Source of the DNA: Chlorokybus atmophyticus
Lineage: Eukaryota; Plantae; Mesostigma and Chlorokybus algae
DNA length: 64,000 nucleotides
Assembly: GCA_009103225.1 (NCBI GenBank)
Contig: RHPI01003533.1
Span: forward strand, 153,474-217,473
Direction: 5' to 3'
The notes beneath the pieces are model-generated. The model ran no database searches, was not told where the DNA came from, and saw only the letters and a list, made by a program, of their open reading frames with translations. The position numbers and the translations under genes are program-made. The stretch's first letter is position 1. Each line of letters opens with the position of its first letter. Shown here piece by piece: positions 14,002 through 31,666 of the stretch.

Positions 14002-16082
14002 ATGGCGGTGGCGGAGGCGCTCTGGCGTTCAGACACTGTGCAGAGGCTCGCCAACGCTTGCCTAAAACATCCCTTTGTGCAGGTGCCTAGCCATCTGGTC
14101 TGAGTGTCATTTGTCCGCAGGACTGGATGTATGCATGCTAGTAAACGATGTATACCCTATGCTAGTGTGTAGTAGATCAGAGATGTTGGGTTAGGGATTG
14201 TACACAAACTCCACAGCTGCACAATGCTGGTTGATTCGCATGGCAGTGGCTTATTTGGACAGCCATACATAGTTCTTAGCGAGTGCACGCGTACGTGCGT
14301 GTGTCGCTGGTGCATGCAAGCAGCTGCATTCTCATGAACAGCAAGCAGCAGTTACAGTGCATGGCATAGCATATGCACATTAAGCCAAAGTTACAAGTTT
14401 CACAATACCAACCGAAATGCACTCAGTGTTGACCAAGATATTGTGTGATTCTATGCTTCAAGCAGTGTTTAGTTCGACTGGTTATTAGTGTTGTTGTATA
14501 GTATGCATTGAGCCTATTCCCCTGCCACTCAACCTCATGCAACATGCTTGCCCGCACAAACTTTTACACACCATTAACCCAACATCATCAATGGCGACAA
14601 CAACAATGGCGACGACAATGCAAAGGGCATAGCGGACGGCAGCCTGGACAAGCGCCTCTTCCAGTCATTCATTGCGCAGGACGCTTACTTCCTTCGCGCC
14701 TTTGCTGATGCGTAAGTACACACACGCAGGTAATCCCTGCTCGCAACAACAACCACAAGCCACATGTGCAGGTATGGGGAGGCAAGAGCGAGGTGCACGG
14801 ACAGCCGGCACCGTGCAGCATTGGGCCAATTGAAGCAGGCCGCCCTGGATGAGCTCGCCATGCATGACGACTATGCCCAGGCATGCATGCACGCACATGT
14901 ACAGAGACACACGCATGCACACATGCACGGGGACTCGCGTACGCACCCATGCATAGATGCACCCAGATGCCCACCTGCACGCATGCGTGCACCCCCGTAT
15001 ATCTTGCGCACACAGGCACACACACCCACACACACACACATGCACATACATGTACTTGCGGGCATGCACTCACAAGCGTGCATCACTTCACCCCCTCTAT
15101 GCACCTACAAACTGTACCATGTCAGATAAGCAGATGCACATATCACGCGTTTGCGGTGCACATGTGCCTTAGAAGCACACAGATCAGGTCAGTTCAAGTG
15201 CCTTGGTGCGCACCCGTACACATGTATTCTAACCTGCATATGCGCGTGCATATATACCCAGCTTGTTGCATCCATGTATGCAACTGTACAGACGTTGCTG
15301 GTTAATCTTTGTTGCAAGACACCTGCCAGCTCATTCACACTCATACATGCATACGCGCACGTGCATGTTGTGTTGCATCAGGAGTGGGGAGTGGATCTGT
15401 CGCTCTTCTCCACGCCCGCGCCAAGCACCCTCGCCTACACACGGTTCCTGTACGAGGCGGCAAGCGGCGCGAGCGTGCACAGGTTCATTGCAAAGGCCGA
15501 TCAGCATCCCAACAACAGTCACAATAACACCATCGATGCAGTCATCAACAAGAACAACCCTCTGGGTGACGGCGTCGCTCAGGCTCTGGCCGCTCTGACT
15601 CCCTGCATGCGGCTGTATGTATTCCTTGGCAAAGCCATCGGGTGAGTTGGTTAACTTGGCGTGCGGGTGCGGGTGCGGTGGTTTTGCTTAATGACACATA
15701 TGTCCACATGCGCGCACGCACACATGTGTGCACACATGCAGAAAAGTACATACCCGTATTCATGCATATGGTGCTGCAGTGAACAGCAGCCGCCGACTGT
15801 TCAGCACGCATACTCAAAGTGGATCGAGACGTACAGCGCCCCAGAGTTTGAGGTACTGCGGGGCTACGTCCTGTGTCATATGTTGTTTGCGACAATACGT
15901 GCCGTCGAGACACACTCCCGTGCATGTTTACACAGGCTCAAGCGGTACTGTTGGAGAGGTTGCTGGATGATGTGGCGAGCGCGGAGGGCGTGTTGTCGGC
16001 GGCTTTGCAGCCTGTATACGAGCGCGCGATGAGGCTCGAGCACAACTTTTTCGAAGCCAACTGGCTCAACGCCCATACATGA
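14002..16082 (+). CDS. TenA/THI-4 family thiamine-salvage protein (heme-oxygenase-like fold)
   Basis: Exons encode ACLKHPFVQ, DGSLDKRLFQSFIAQDAYFLRAFADA, DELAMH, STLAYTRFL, LTPCMRLYVFLG, YSKWIETYSAPEFE, YERAMRLEHNFF. Confidence 0.88.
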
Positions 16083-17859
16083 GACACCTACAGCTGAATG
16101 GTTGTACAGGTCCTTGTCTAACGATAGTACAATAGTGTGGTATGCGCATGAACCCAATGTGCTCTGAAGAACGCGCGCGTCTCGTGTATTTCCACGCGCG
16201 CGGGTAGTAGATCATGGCAGCTAGCATGCTGGTAGTAATGAGAGACCGCATCCCTCCTTGACATGGGAGTTGTTTGTTGTGCCATAGCGTGGTTTGAGTC
16301 ACATGCATAGCAACAAGTAGAGCCAAGGTGTGTAAGTGTGTGAGCGCGGATGTGTGTGTGTGTGCACGTGAACCTGCAATTACACAAGTACGAGGTCTAT
16401 TATGCAAGTGCTTATCACGGTCAATGCATGGTATGGAATTATTACATTCATTCCATGTTTCTAAGACGGCGCATATACATGTCGAGGTTTGGCATTGAAC
16501 CATGTAAGTGGTTGCTTGCTAGCATGTGTAATGTAATATACCTGCTTGTACTCTCAGCGCCAAATCCTACAATGCGGAAGCAACCAAACGACGCAAATAC
16601 AAAGACCACCCACTTAGAGACATCTCCTATCCACCAGCAATGGAGGTGCATGGCACGCTAGGTGAGGACTTCTAGCGCGTATTGTATGCATACGTGTGCC
16701 ACATCGTCAGAGTGCGAGGAGCAGAGCAGCGACGCCTAGAAGGTTTCATTCGCATCACCGCCAGCACGTAGCTTGCGCCTTGCAACGGGCATAAGCCATA
16801 TGCAGTCTGTCCACAGTCCATGCCTATGCATGGCGATTATGAAACGTAGAGCGGCAGCGGTGGCAGCTGTACCGCGCTGGGGTCGTGTAGCCCAAGGCCC
16901 TCCCACCACGGAGGCGGACGTGGCGCTCGTATAGGGTGCTTAGCGCACACAGTGTGCGCGTGAGGTGTGTGCAATACGACATAGTGGCAAAACTGACAGG
17001 CAATGCTCGCATATCAATAAACAGGTTGCAATATTTACCTTTGACATATGTGCTTGCCTGCACTACATAGTGCTCTTGCCCGTTAGCATCTAGCCGTCAG
17101 CCACTCGTCGTCATAATTCTTTGTGCAACTAATGTAGCTAAAGCGCTGCTCTGTTGGTTGAGACGTTGACTGCGTGTGTAGACAGAACAGCATTGACTGC
17201 ACTGGCGTTCAGAACGTGTACGCCAGCACAAGTGCCGTGTGACACGTCACTCCCGCACGCAGTGCCAGCACTGAGCATACATTCAACGCACGTACCAACA
17301 CAACAGTCAAAACTACCAACCCACCCATTCAACAAAAACCAAGCAACAACACATCAGCAATGCACAGCATTCAACCACGCAACAACCCACATATGCATGC
17401 CAACAAGATGATGTGAGTCACAAAAAGTTGCACATTGCACTAGATGCTTCCGCAGGTACCTGTTGTGCGTGTTGCACTAATGCACTCTTCGATTGTACAA
17501 GGACATAGGGAGTGTCGCACACTGTATCGCGCACGGTGCACATCGCACCGTGATGACGCACACATGGCCACATCGACCCAACCACTCACCAAGTAACACA
17601 ACAAGAAAGCGGTGTACGTACAAAGGGTGCTGTGACATGAGGAGGGGGAGACCATGCAGTCCTTCATTGCATGCAGTGCCCGCCGCCGCCGCCGCTACCA
17701 GCAGCCAAGCTGACACTCAGCGGAGCGTACAGCGAGTGACAGCTTGGGCGCAGCTTAGCTTACAACCAACCATGCTTGCGAGCGCACTTTCAGCGGAAGG
17801 TACAACCTATGCAGTGTACGTACACTGTATACAGCGCAAGCTCAAGGTCAAACACAGGC

Positions 17860-18620
17860 ACAAGCACAAGCACATGCACGAGAACAAGCGCAAGCATAGT
17901 GTTAAGCTTGAGCTCAAACTTCTGTTCAAGCTGCAGCTCAAGCTCAAGCGTCTGCCGCAGCTCAAGCAGCTACTTACCTTGGCAAGCTTGAGCTCGTCGT
18001 CGATGAGCTTGCGCTCGAGGTTAAATCCTCTAAGCTCAAGCTCAAGCTGATGTATTGTAGCTAGGTCATGTTACCAATCTGAAATTTGGGGCACAAGCTT
18101 CCAGTTGTCCTTGTCTGAGCTTTCACACCATTCGGTTTTGCTCGGGTCAAGCTTGCATGGTGACCACACGTATACAAGCATCAGCTGAAGCATCAGCTGA
18201 CAGTGCTTGTGCTGCTGAGAGCAGGTGAGATCCTGAGGTTAACAGAATTGCCGTTGCTATGCGGTGTGACACACCATCGGCAATGCCAGTCTCAGCAACA
18301 CCGCTCGTGCCGTACACTGCATTACAGGATTGCCAATCATAGAGTAAGCTGCAGCACAGGCAACAGCAGGTAAGAAATGTCGCGGGAGAATCAGTTCGTG
18401 AGAACACCATCTGATGCGTGTGTTGGTGCTCGGTGACAATGGTATGTGCAGAACTTAACAATAATAATAAGCACGAAATAGCGTGCCATGCATGGCTCAA
18501 CGTGTTGATCATCAAGCATACACTTATAGTCCAAGCCTGAGGTAAGTGCACTTCACGACCAATGACCAGTTTCCAAATTAATGTGAAGCTACACAAGTCC
18601 CGGCACTACCGAAAAGCTTG
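17860..18620 (-). repeat. Dispersed repeat, copy 1 (inverted partner at about 28670-29490)
   Basis: Reverse complement aligns by eye with 28670-29490: TCGGTAGTGCCGGGACTTGTGTAGCTTCAC vs TCAGTAGTGCTTGAACTTGTGGAGCTTCAC, and GGTCACCATGCAAGCTTGACCCGAGCAAAACCGA vs GGTCACAAGGCAAGCTTGACTTGAGCAAGACCGA. Both copies end in AGCTTGAGC-rich tracts. Confidence 0.7.
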
Positions 18621-18818
18621 CTAACAATACTCCTTGTACCAGCATATGCATACTGCTTGACAACTCGTAGCTCACAACAGGAGCTACACCCCGGTTCTGT
18701 CAAAGTTCTCAACCGCAGGAGGGGAGACCTATATCTACAACTCAATCAAAGCAAAATAGCAAGGATCGTGTGTCATCAAAATCTACATCTATTGGTAATC
18801 TTGATGCTAATTTGGTGC

Positions 18819-23628
<4,810 letters not shown>

Positions 23629-26600
23629 GACTGCGCCCTCTATTCTTCAACTGCCAAGTGAGCGCAGAGTCATCCCAGTCCACAGTTACCTGACTGCTGT
23701 AGTAAACGCTATAACACGAGCATACAAGCACAGCAGTCTGCAAGTGGGTTGCATGCAACAGGGATGCTGATACCATGCATTGAGAGGTTACTGCGCAGTG
23801 AGAGCAGGCTTGGCCTGGAGTCAGCAGCGCAAAGTTTGCGCAGGAAGATTCCGTACAGCTTTTTGGGCCAAATCGTATATCATCACTACCATTCACGCAA
23901 GCATGCAAGTAAAGCAACCAAATGCTGGACATGCACAGAGACAGAGCAACACCCACAGACACACCAGTGGTGAAGGCCACCGCCGTTACTTCAGCCGGCC
24001 AACTGCTCTCTGTCACTGAGCTTCTACTGCTACTGCCACCTGTGCTCTGAGTAGTAGCATTATTCCTCTTATTAGACTGTGTCGAGCAAGCCTCACCAGC
24101 CACCAGCCGCAATATGGCCAAAAGGGGCATCTCAAGCACAGTGCACGGAGCGAGGGTGAGAGAGAGCATCATTATTGCAGAAACAGCAGCAGCTAGTGAA
24201 TGCCAAACACCACTACGGCGGAAGCGGACAAGTTACGCGAGCAGTCATGATAGCTTGTATTGAATGGTGATGCACTCGTCGCTTATGACCGGTTCGAGTG
24301 CTATTTTGTCTTCCCTACCCGCGGCCGTCGCCCCAGGGAAGATCCCTCTAAAGGACAGGCGGCGGGATCTTCCGTGACGGTTTGCCGGAAGTGATGCTGT
24401 GTGACGGATCGTGAGTCACGAACAGCATCACATTCATCGTGACTTGTTCGGAACCAGTTTCACGATGCGAGGTTGCAATTCATAATCGGCTGATACATTC
24501 TCCTGGAAGATGCTCTAGTGTAGGTCGGTGCTCCATGATGAGTACTGCTCTGCGAGCCTATCATAGCAGTACCATACAGCACACTGACTACACTGCTGTG
24601 GCGTACTGCAATGTATGTGTTACATTATACCATGTATACCATATTATATACCAGTGTTTTTGTTCAAGGGTACGTGTGTCGCATGCGCACAATGTGTGGC
24701 AGAAGAGCACGTGTTATCATCACCTCACCCATGATAATCGTAGCATGCAACGTGCAATCTAGTGCGCTGCATAACTATATAAAAAGAAATCAAATGTAAA
24801 TTCAAGGCCTTACACAACATGTACATTCATGTTGTAAGCATGTTATATGTGTGATTATTGCTTAAATCAAGTTTCATGTTTCACCAAACATATATATTAA
24901 TGTGCATGCGTTCATCTTAAAAACCTGAGATTGTGACGGCTGCAGTAAACAGTTGCCCGTATAACAATCAATTTACTGTGGCGTTATTTGCTCAAGTGCG
25001 GACTTTGGGGGTGGGCTGTGAGCCGCTAGAAGCTTGCATACATATGGTGATATTGTTGACTGTATGCTATGTTTGAGGGTTTGGGCCAACCCATGTTGCA
25101 GCAACTTGTTGCCTTTGGACATACTTAACTCTGATTATTGAATATAAGCATGCACTGTGTGATTGCTATTGCCGTATCATGTTGTATGATGTTGTTATTT
25201 AACTCAGTGCAATACTTCAAAGTTACTAAGCCAAGATAACAACATAACATAATGCAAATAGTTGACGCGAGCATAACAGCAGTGCGGAGCTTATGCTAGC
25301 ATATTATGCCACTTCGATATTGTTATCTTGTGGTATGTTGTAATATTGAGTAATGCCATGATCAAGCGTGTGGTGTCGAACAACCCCGTTCAAGGGTTGT
25401 CATTTTTTGTATAACGTCCCTTTCGGACCACTGGCATTATCCCCCTCCATTTTGGTGTTTTTGATAATGGGAATTATCGAAAACGTTCAAAAAGTGTAAG
25501 TTTTTCACTCGGTCGATTGTGCTTTGAGTTGATTATGCTTATAGATATCACATACCATTGTAAAATGTTACATATGATACATAAGTAATACCTCTGCGCA
25601 AGGTGATAGCTGGAGTTGGAGCCGGAGCTTCCACTTTTGCTTGAGGTTGCATTTGGGTTGAAAAGTGTCCTTGAGCTTGCAAGTGTGAACTCACCTCAGC
25701 TGGGCCTCCTTAGTGCTCGCTCGTGAGTAGGTTTCACTACGAAAATAGAGCCCAAACTCGGCGGTATGTTTGGCTCAGTCAGCTTTGGTGCGTAGCGTCC
25801 GCGGCGAGGGTGGCTGGGGAGGTGGCTGGGGGTAGGGTCGCAGGAGGAAGGAGTGTTCAGCACCGCCGCATGCTGCTGTGCTGAGAGTGCGGCCATGGCG
25901 GTGTCGGCGTTGCTCCTGCTCTGTCGTGCGCTGTCTGTGCGGCGGCGGCGACAGCTGAAGCAGCAGTTGCGCTAGGCCGTGCGGTCACCGTCAGGCCTGC
26001 GTGGAGGTCAGCGCCCAGACCACAGCGCAGCCCTGGGTGGCGTCCAAGTTCCTGGGCTCACTTCCGCCGCTGAGATTGCTGCAGCCGGCGCAGTGGTCGT
26101 TGCCCTGGGGGTTCGTGCGTGGTTTTACTTGCGCATGTAGGTAAGCAGTCGCCAATGTCATGTACATGCACTGCATGTTATAGGCTATGCCATAGCGACG
26201 GTTCAACCCCGTCGCGGTGCAGTATAAGTACCTCCAGTGCAAAAATCACAAGCTTGGGTGGTATCCAAACCTGTCAACTGCATCGAAGCAGCTTTGTTGC
26301 AGTGCAATGCGCCACAACTGTTTTTGCTGTTGTTGTAGTGTCAGCTCAGCTGCCTCCAGCCACGACAGCCTGGTACAACCAATATCTGTCGAACAAGTCT
26401 ATACAAATGGAAAATAACTTGTGCGTCAGCATGGCAAGGTGCGTGACAAAAACAATTTCAAGCTGTCGTGCATGCATAATCAACACCACCCCGTATGTGG
26501 ACAAGTCGCACAAAGCAGGCCAGCGGAACCATTGGTCGACTGTGTTGGTTGCAACGACTGGGTTTACCATTACGGCATTAAGTTTCAAAAATTGTCTCGT

Positions 26601-27180
26601 CTCTGCTTGTAGTATGTCTCAACGAACAGAACGTCACACCTGCAATGCTGGGGTGGCACGTGCTAAAAGAGATCACGGCGGTAGAGCTCGGCATAAAGGG
26701 CGGCACGAATCTGTATTACCCGAAGAGCACGCGGATGGTCATCGGTGTCATCCCGTTTGCCAAAGATGGACTTTAGCAGCAAGCAGGTGAATACATCCGT
26801 CATGCTTGTTCATGTGTAGCTTGTGGTGGGACTGGATTGCGCTTATAAGGCAAGTCCTGATTAGAAGCTGCGATCATGAATGTAGTGACAAGACTGTCCT
26901 ACACGCCACCTTTGCAGCAACATGGCATGGGCTCATGCATTATGCTAGCATAGTATGCAGCACACCACTCATTGTAACTTTACATCATCAGGAGTGTAAC
27001 AGCTTGACTTCAAAATGTGCAGTGCACTCTGCTGTTCGAAGCACAAGCTCGCGTGGCGACCTCTCTGATAATGTCGCACATGGCGGTACGATAAGAGTAT
27101 GCACATACATTGCACAAAATTGGCACATGCATGTACCATGCTTGTTTCAACCACGGCATTACATTTATGGTACACACTTA

Positions 27181-27360
27181 GTGTAGCACGTCGTCACATA
27201 GGCGCGTAGCTCTTTCGGCGTCTCCACCATGTAACGGAAACACGTCATAGCAAGGTTATGTGATAGCTATCATGCTATGCCGTTGCCTTGAGATGGCGTA
27301 TGCATGTTACATAGTTGAGCAGCCAAAAAAGCTGCACGCTTAGGTGACGACAGGCTACAC
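27181..27360. mobile_element. 180-bp foldback (imperfect palindrome) flanked by TA; MITE-like
   Basis: Left arm GTGTAGCACGTCGTCACATAGGCGCGTAGCT pairs with right arm AGCTGCACGCTTAGGTGACGACAGGCTACAC. Pairing continues with mismatches to the centre (about 27270). TA at 27179-80 and 27361-62. Confidence 0.65.
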
Positions 27361-27699
27361 TATGCGTGTATCGTCCTTGCACTCGGCAAGTTGGTCGTCG
27401 TAATTGACTTCCTTGAGATGTATGACTGACAGTCATTGATTGACACTGTTAATTGCTATGTGCAACATCAGCGATTGGGATTGGTGGAGTTTCTCTGAAT
27501 CTGACTCGCCGTTGCCCTACCACCGCGCTCTCACACCACATCGACACGCTTGGCGCATTATTGTAAGCAACGACCCAGCCTACTACACGCTTTTCAGGTG
27601 CTCTTACATAATATCTGTCTTGTATGTGTATTTTTACGCTGTCAGGCTCGTCGGTATGCACCTGGTAATGATGAGGTACTAACAGGCCATGTGTGATGA

Positions 27700-28400
27700 T
27701 CTATGAGGACTTTTTGTTGTGTGCTTGTGATCTGCATCTCCGATCTGGAGTCCTACAGGGACCAACGCTAGAGACTACAGCATGTACCTGTACAACTGCG
27801 CCAGGCGGCGCGGATGTACAGGTACATGCTGTAGTCCACCCATGTTCAAGTTGTTGAACACCTTTTTGGATGCGGGTGGCTATGGCTTCATCCCCGTCAC
27901 GTATCCAGGCAATGCCGTACAGTACGGCGGGGCGGGGACAACAAATGGCGCCGATGCCTTCGCTCTTGTGCGAGGCCACAACACTGTGGTGCAATTCCTG
28001 AGACAGGCAGCACCTGCACAGGTGGGTGGGTGCGCATGCATGCAAGTGCCATAGCAGTGCATATGCGTATACATGCGTGCGTGCGTGCGTGCGTGTGTCT
28101 GTGCATGCATGCGGGCGTGTTGACACATCTCATCCTTGTCTTCAGCTGCCAACGGTCTCGCTGCTGGTATGACCCCAGTCATGCTGCCGGTGAGCGAGGT
28201 GGCATTGATGCCATGACAACCTCCTTGCAGGTTGGCCAGCGTGCAGCACCGTGCTGCATGCGCACGTGTTGTTGTGTGGTGTAACGCACCGTGTCCCTGA
28301 TGTGACGTGTCTCCATCCCAGTTGATTGACCGCGGCTGCTCATACGAAGCGTTCACCTGGGCTGGTGGCCCTGCGGCCGCTGGTGTCATCATTTCCAGTA
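27700..28400 (+). pseudogene. Decayed partial paralogue of the nuclease 5' exons (LTD region)
   Basis: MYLYNC..TFLDAGGYGFIPVTYPGNAVQYG..ADAFALVRGHNTVVQF matches IYLYNC..TFTDAGAGYGFISVAYPVNGIQNGSPDAIALVQGSTVVQF. The downstream pieces TTSLQ and GCSYEAFTW match GTSLQ and GCSYEDFSW. Frames are broken. Confidence 0.75.
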
Positions 28401-28669
28401 AAGGTGAGGTCACGCTCATCGTGACACAAAGTGATGGTGACTGTGTGCAATAAACCGCACATGTCAGTAACTCACAAGTCGCTGCACGCAGCTGCCGTCA
28501 ACATTGGTCAAACATTCAACTGTGGTCCCCCGCCCATGCCTTAACCAAGCCCACCACCACCAAGCTTCAATATGTGAAGCTGCACTTCATTGTGTAGCCT
28601 CACATATGGAAGCTACACAAGCTTAAGTACATTATGCTTGTCAAAAATCAATCATCGTATTTGTGTACA

Positions 28670-29490
28670 GCTGTTTTTTCAGTAGTGCTTGAACTTGTGG
28701 AGCTTCACAACGATTTGGAAATGTTTATAGACGGCAGTGAAGTGCACATACTGCAGGCTTGACCGCAAGCGTATGTAACTGTGCCGGATGATAAAGACGG
28801 CTTTGAGCCTGAGGTTTGACCACACTGTATACGTACTTCCCTTGATGGCGTCTGCATCTAGTTTGATGACGTTGTGATGACTCACAACGTCACATAACGA
28901 ATACGTGCATCAATTCACACTCTACCAATCAGTTCAAGCGCACCTGTTTCTCACTTGCTTTTGCCTGTGCTTCCGCGGAAGCCCAGTCTTGGTGTAACCG
29001 TGTAGCACAACCGATCTCAGGAGCTGCTTGCATTGCTGGTGTGCAACATGTGTTGCTGTAGTGCGTTTGCTGCTCTGACAGCAACATTGGTTTCATCAAC
29101 GTCAGCACCTTGCCTGCTGTCACGAAGACATCCACCGTAAACTGAGGCTCACGTTTCAGCTTGGCCATGAGGTCACAAGGCAAGCTTGACTTGAGCAAGA
29201 CCGAGTGATGTCAAAGCACAGACTAGCACAACTGTGAACTGGAACCTATACCCGAGTCTCTGGATATTTATGTGAACCGACTACAACCATCAGCTTGAGC
29301 TTTGGCTCAACAAGCACAGACTAACAACGGAAACTCACGAAGCTGCTTGCCTTGACGCTGAGCTGAAGCCTGGAGCTGGAAAATCTCAGCTTGAGCTCAA
29401 GCTGAGACGCTGAAGACATGCTTGAGCTTGTGCTGGACCATCAGCTTGCGCTCGGTAAACCAGCTGCGCCGAGAACTCAGCTCAGAGCTG
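28670..29490 (+). repeat. Dispersed repeat, copy 2 (inverted partner of 17860-18620)
   Basis: Colinear diverged alignment to the reverse complement of 17860-18620; see copy 1. Confidence 0.7.
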
Positions 29491-29819
29491 AGCTGTTACA
29501 CTGCCTTTGGTTTGTTTGTGCACTCAATTCATCCACCGGCCCCATGCAGGGTAGTTCCTTGCAGGTTACGCCAAGCTGTTGTCTCACTGTATGTTCCGCT
29601 GAGTGTTAGCTTGACTGCTTGTAGCATCCAAGCGGCGGCGAGGGCGGCGGGGGAGGTGGCGTAGGGAACAGCAGAGACGCGGAGAGAGAGTTCTACGCCT
29701 TGGTAAGTCTGAAACTTCTTGTGTCTGTAGACGAGAGTCGGGGCGCTCAGGCCTTTCTCCCAAGACAACCTCATGTATGTGTTGGGCACTGTATATTGCC
29801 CCTGATCATGCCAATCTCA

Positions 29820-31666
29820 GATGCTGTTGTTGGAGTTGGCGTCGCTGCCAGGAGGGCGTACGTACAGACGTGGCGGCGCAGTCGCTGCCGTGGAGGACGG
29901 CAAGGCCGAGGACAACGCCACCAACAATCACCAGAAAGGACGCGCCACCCTGGAAAACCTTGAAGCTGCCCAGTGCGTTGCAGACATTCTGCAGGTAGAA
30001 CAGTATCACCATAACTGTTGTCACCGCTGTGTGCGCACATACACGCTTGGTTTGTGTGCGTGTGCCAACTGGTTACTCGTTCCAAGTGTTTGTGTGTGTG
30101 TGTGCGTTTGTGTGTAGACTTTGCTAGTGCCCTTGAGGTCGACCATCGCTTGTGGAATTGTTCCAACATCCCGTCAATGTTGCAGTGTCGATGAAGGCAG
30201 TCGCGTTGTTGAGTTACACTCACTGAGAGATGGCATTGCGGGTCTTGATGGATTGTGACTGATATGTATGACCCGCAGGAGGATGTGACGGTGTTGGGTG
30301 CATAGGCTCTACTTCCCGCCCTCAGACCTGATGTCTTCCACGCCTTCAACGAGCCTCGCGCCCCCGCGAGTGCGGAGCTGCTGCGCCACCCGAGCTTCCT
30401 CTCCCTCAGGCTGCTCCTTCGGGGCCCTCTTCAACCCGCGCAAGCAGGGCGGCGCCGGGGGCCTTGGCGTGGGCAGCGGCGGCGGTGCAGGAGGAGGAGG
30501 AGGGGTTAAACCTGCGTACAGGGACGAGTATATATCTTCACGTGCTGGTGTACGTCACCTGCGCAACTTGAAAGGTATGCGCATGTGTGTGCATGTGTGC
30601 ACGCGTGCATGTGCACGGGCATGCGCGCGCATGTGCGTGCATGGGTGGCTGTGTTCGCGCACGCTTGTGCGTGTGCACATCTGCATGTGAATGCGCGTGT
30701 GCGTGTGTACATGTGTCTGTGTTACACTTGTTATGTAGATGTAGCTGCTCATTCTGCACGGCACTGTACACCCACACAGCATGCATAGGACGGTAGAGAG
30801 CGTGGAGGGGGTATTGCCATGGACGAGGTTGAGCGCACATTTGCAGCCCTGTCCACTGCGCTCGAGATCGTGGTGCTCGCAGCATCCGGCACGTGCAGGA
30901 GGTACAGATTGCTTGTAGGTCGTTGCAGTAACACGCTTGGGCATGTTGGTTCATTGCTTGCCGTACGCAAACAGTGCATGCGTGATGTGGGTATGTGTGT
31001 GTATCTGTGGTAAACTTGAGCACTTGAGTATAACAGGCACAGTGGGCGATCCCATGCAGGCTCTGCAGGTGCCCGTGGCAGCCATGGGCGTCCTGCACTG
31101 GGTTGTGGTGCATCTGAAAGACAACAACGACTCAAGGTAATGACCACCATCGTGTGTGCGCATCCGCGTGTGCGCGTGCAAGAACTTGTTTGTGCGTGTG
31201 GGTGGGTGGGGACAGCTGCGTGTCTAATGTGGATGCGCCCATGTCTTCAATTGCACGCCTGTGCGCGTGTGCCCTTGGTGTGTGTATGACATGTTGATTG
31301 TGGAGCAGAAAGCTGGCAATGAGCTTGGAGTTACGGCAGTAGCGAAGTTGAAGAAGCGCTTCATCGACGCGCTGGTGGTGATGGTTTCTTAGCGAGTTGA
31401 TTAATCCCGCGCTTGCATCTATCAAGAGGTGGGTTCAGCACTCCAGCAGCGGCAGAGTCCACGACCTCGCACGCTACTTTGTCGTGCAACTGCTGGACAT
31501 CATGGCCCAGCCCTTCTCGCATGCCTTTGCTGGACATGTCCTCACCCTCGTCGCTGCCAACCGAGGTGATGCCTTTGGCAGCGGCATTGGCGCGAGGGAC
31601 TTTGCATTGTTCTGTAGAGATGCGAGCTTTGCCCGCCTCTTGGTGATGACAGGACAGCTGCATTAA
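29820..31666 (+). pseudogene. NELFCD: NELF-C/D (TH1-like) homologue, C-terminal half, with frameshifts
   Basis: ELLRHPSFL, ALFNP, PVAAMGVLHWV, LKKRFIDALVVM and LARYFVVQLLDIMAQPFSHAF correspond to recalled human NELF-C/D segments (ELIRVPAFL, SLFKP, PVVAMGVLKWV, LKKTLLDRMVHL, LIRYFVTEVLDVIAPPYTSDF). Frameshifts near 30333, 30420 and 31385. No N-terminal half found. Confidence 0.75.

Noticed and set aside
14665-15305. Many overlapping Cys/His/Met-rich ORFs (HACMH, CVCV) throughout the window
   Set aside because: They are translations of TGCA/CA/TG-rich intron sequence, not zinc fingers.
25696-26242. GC-rich minus-strand ORFs
   Set aside because: No recognisable motif and no supportable exon chain.
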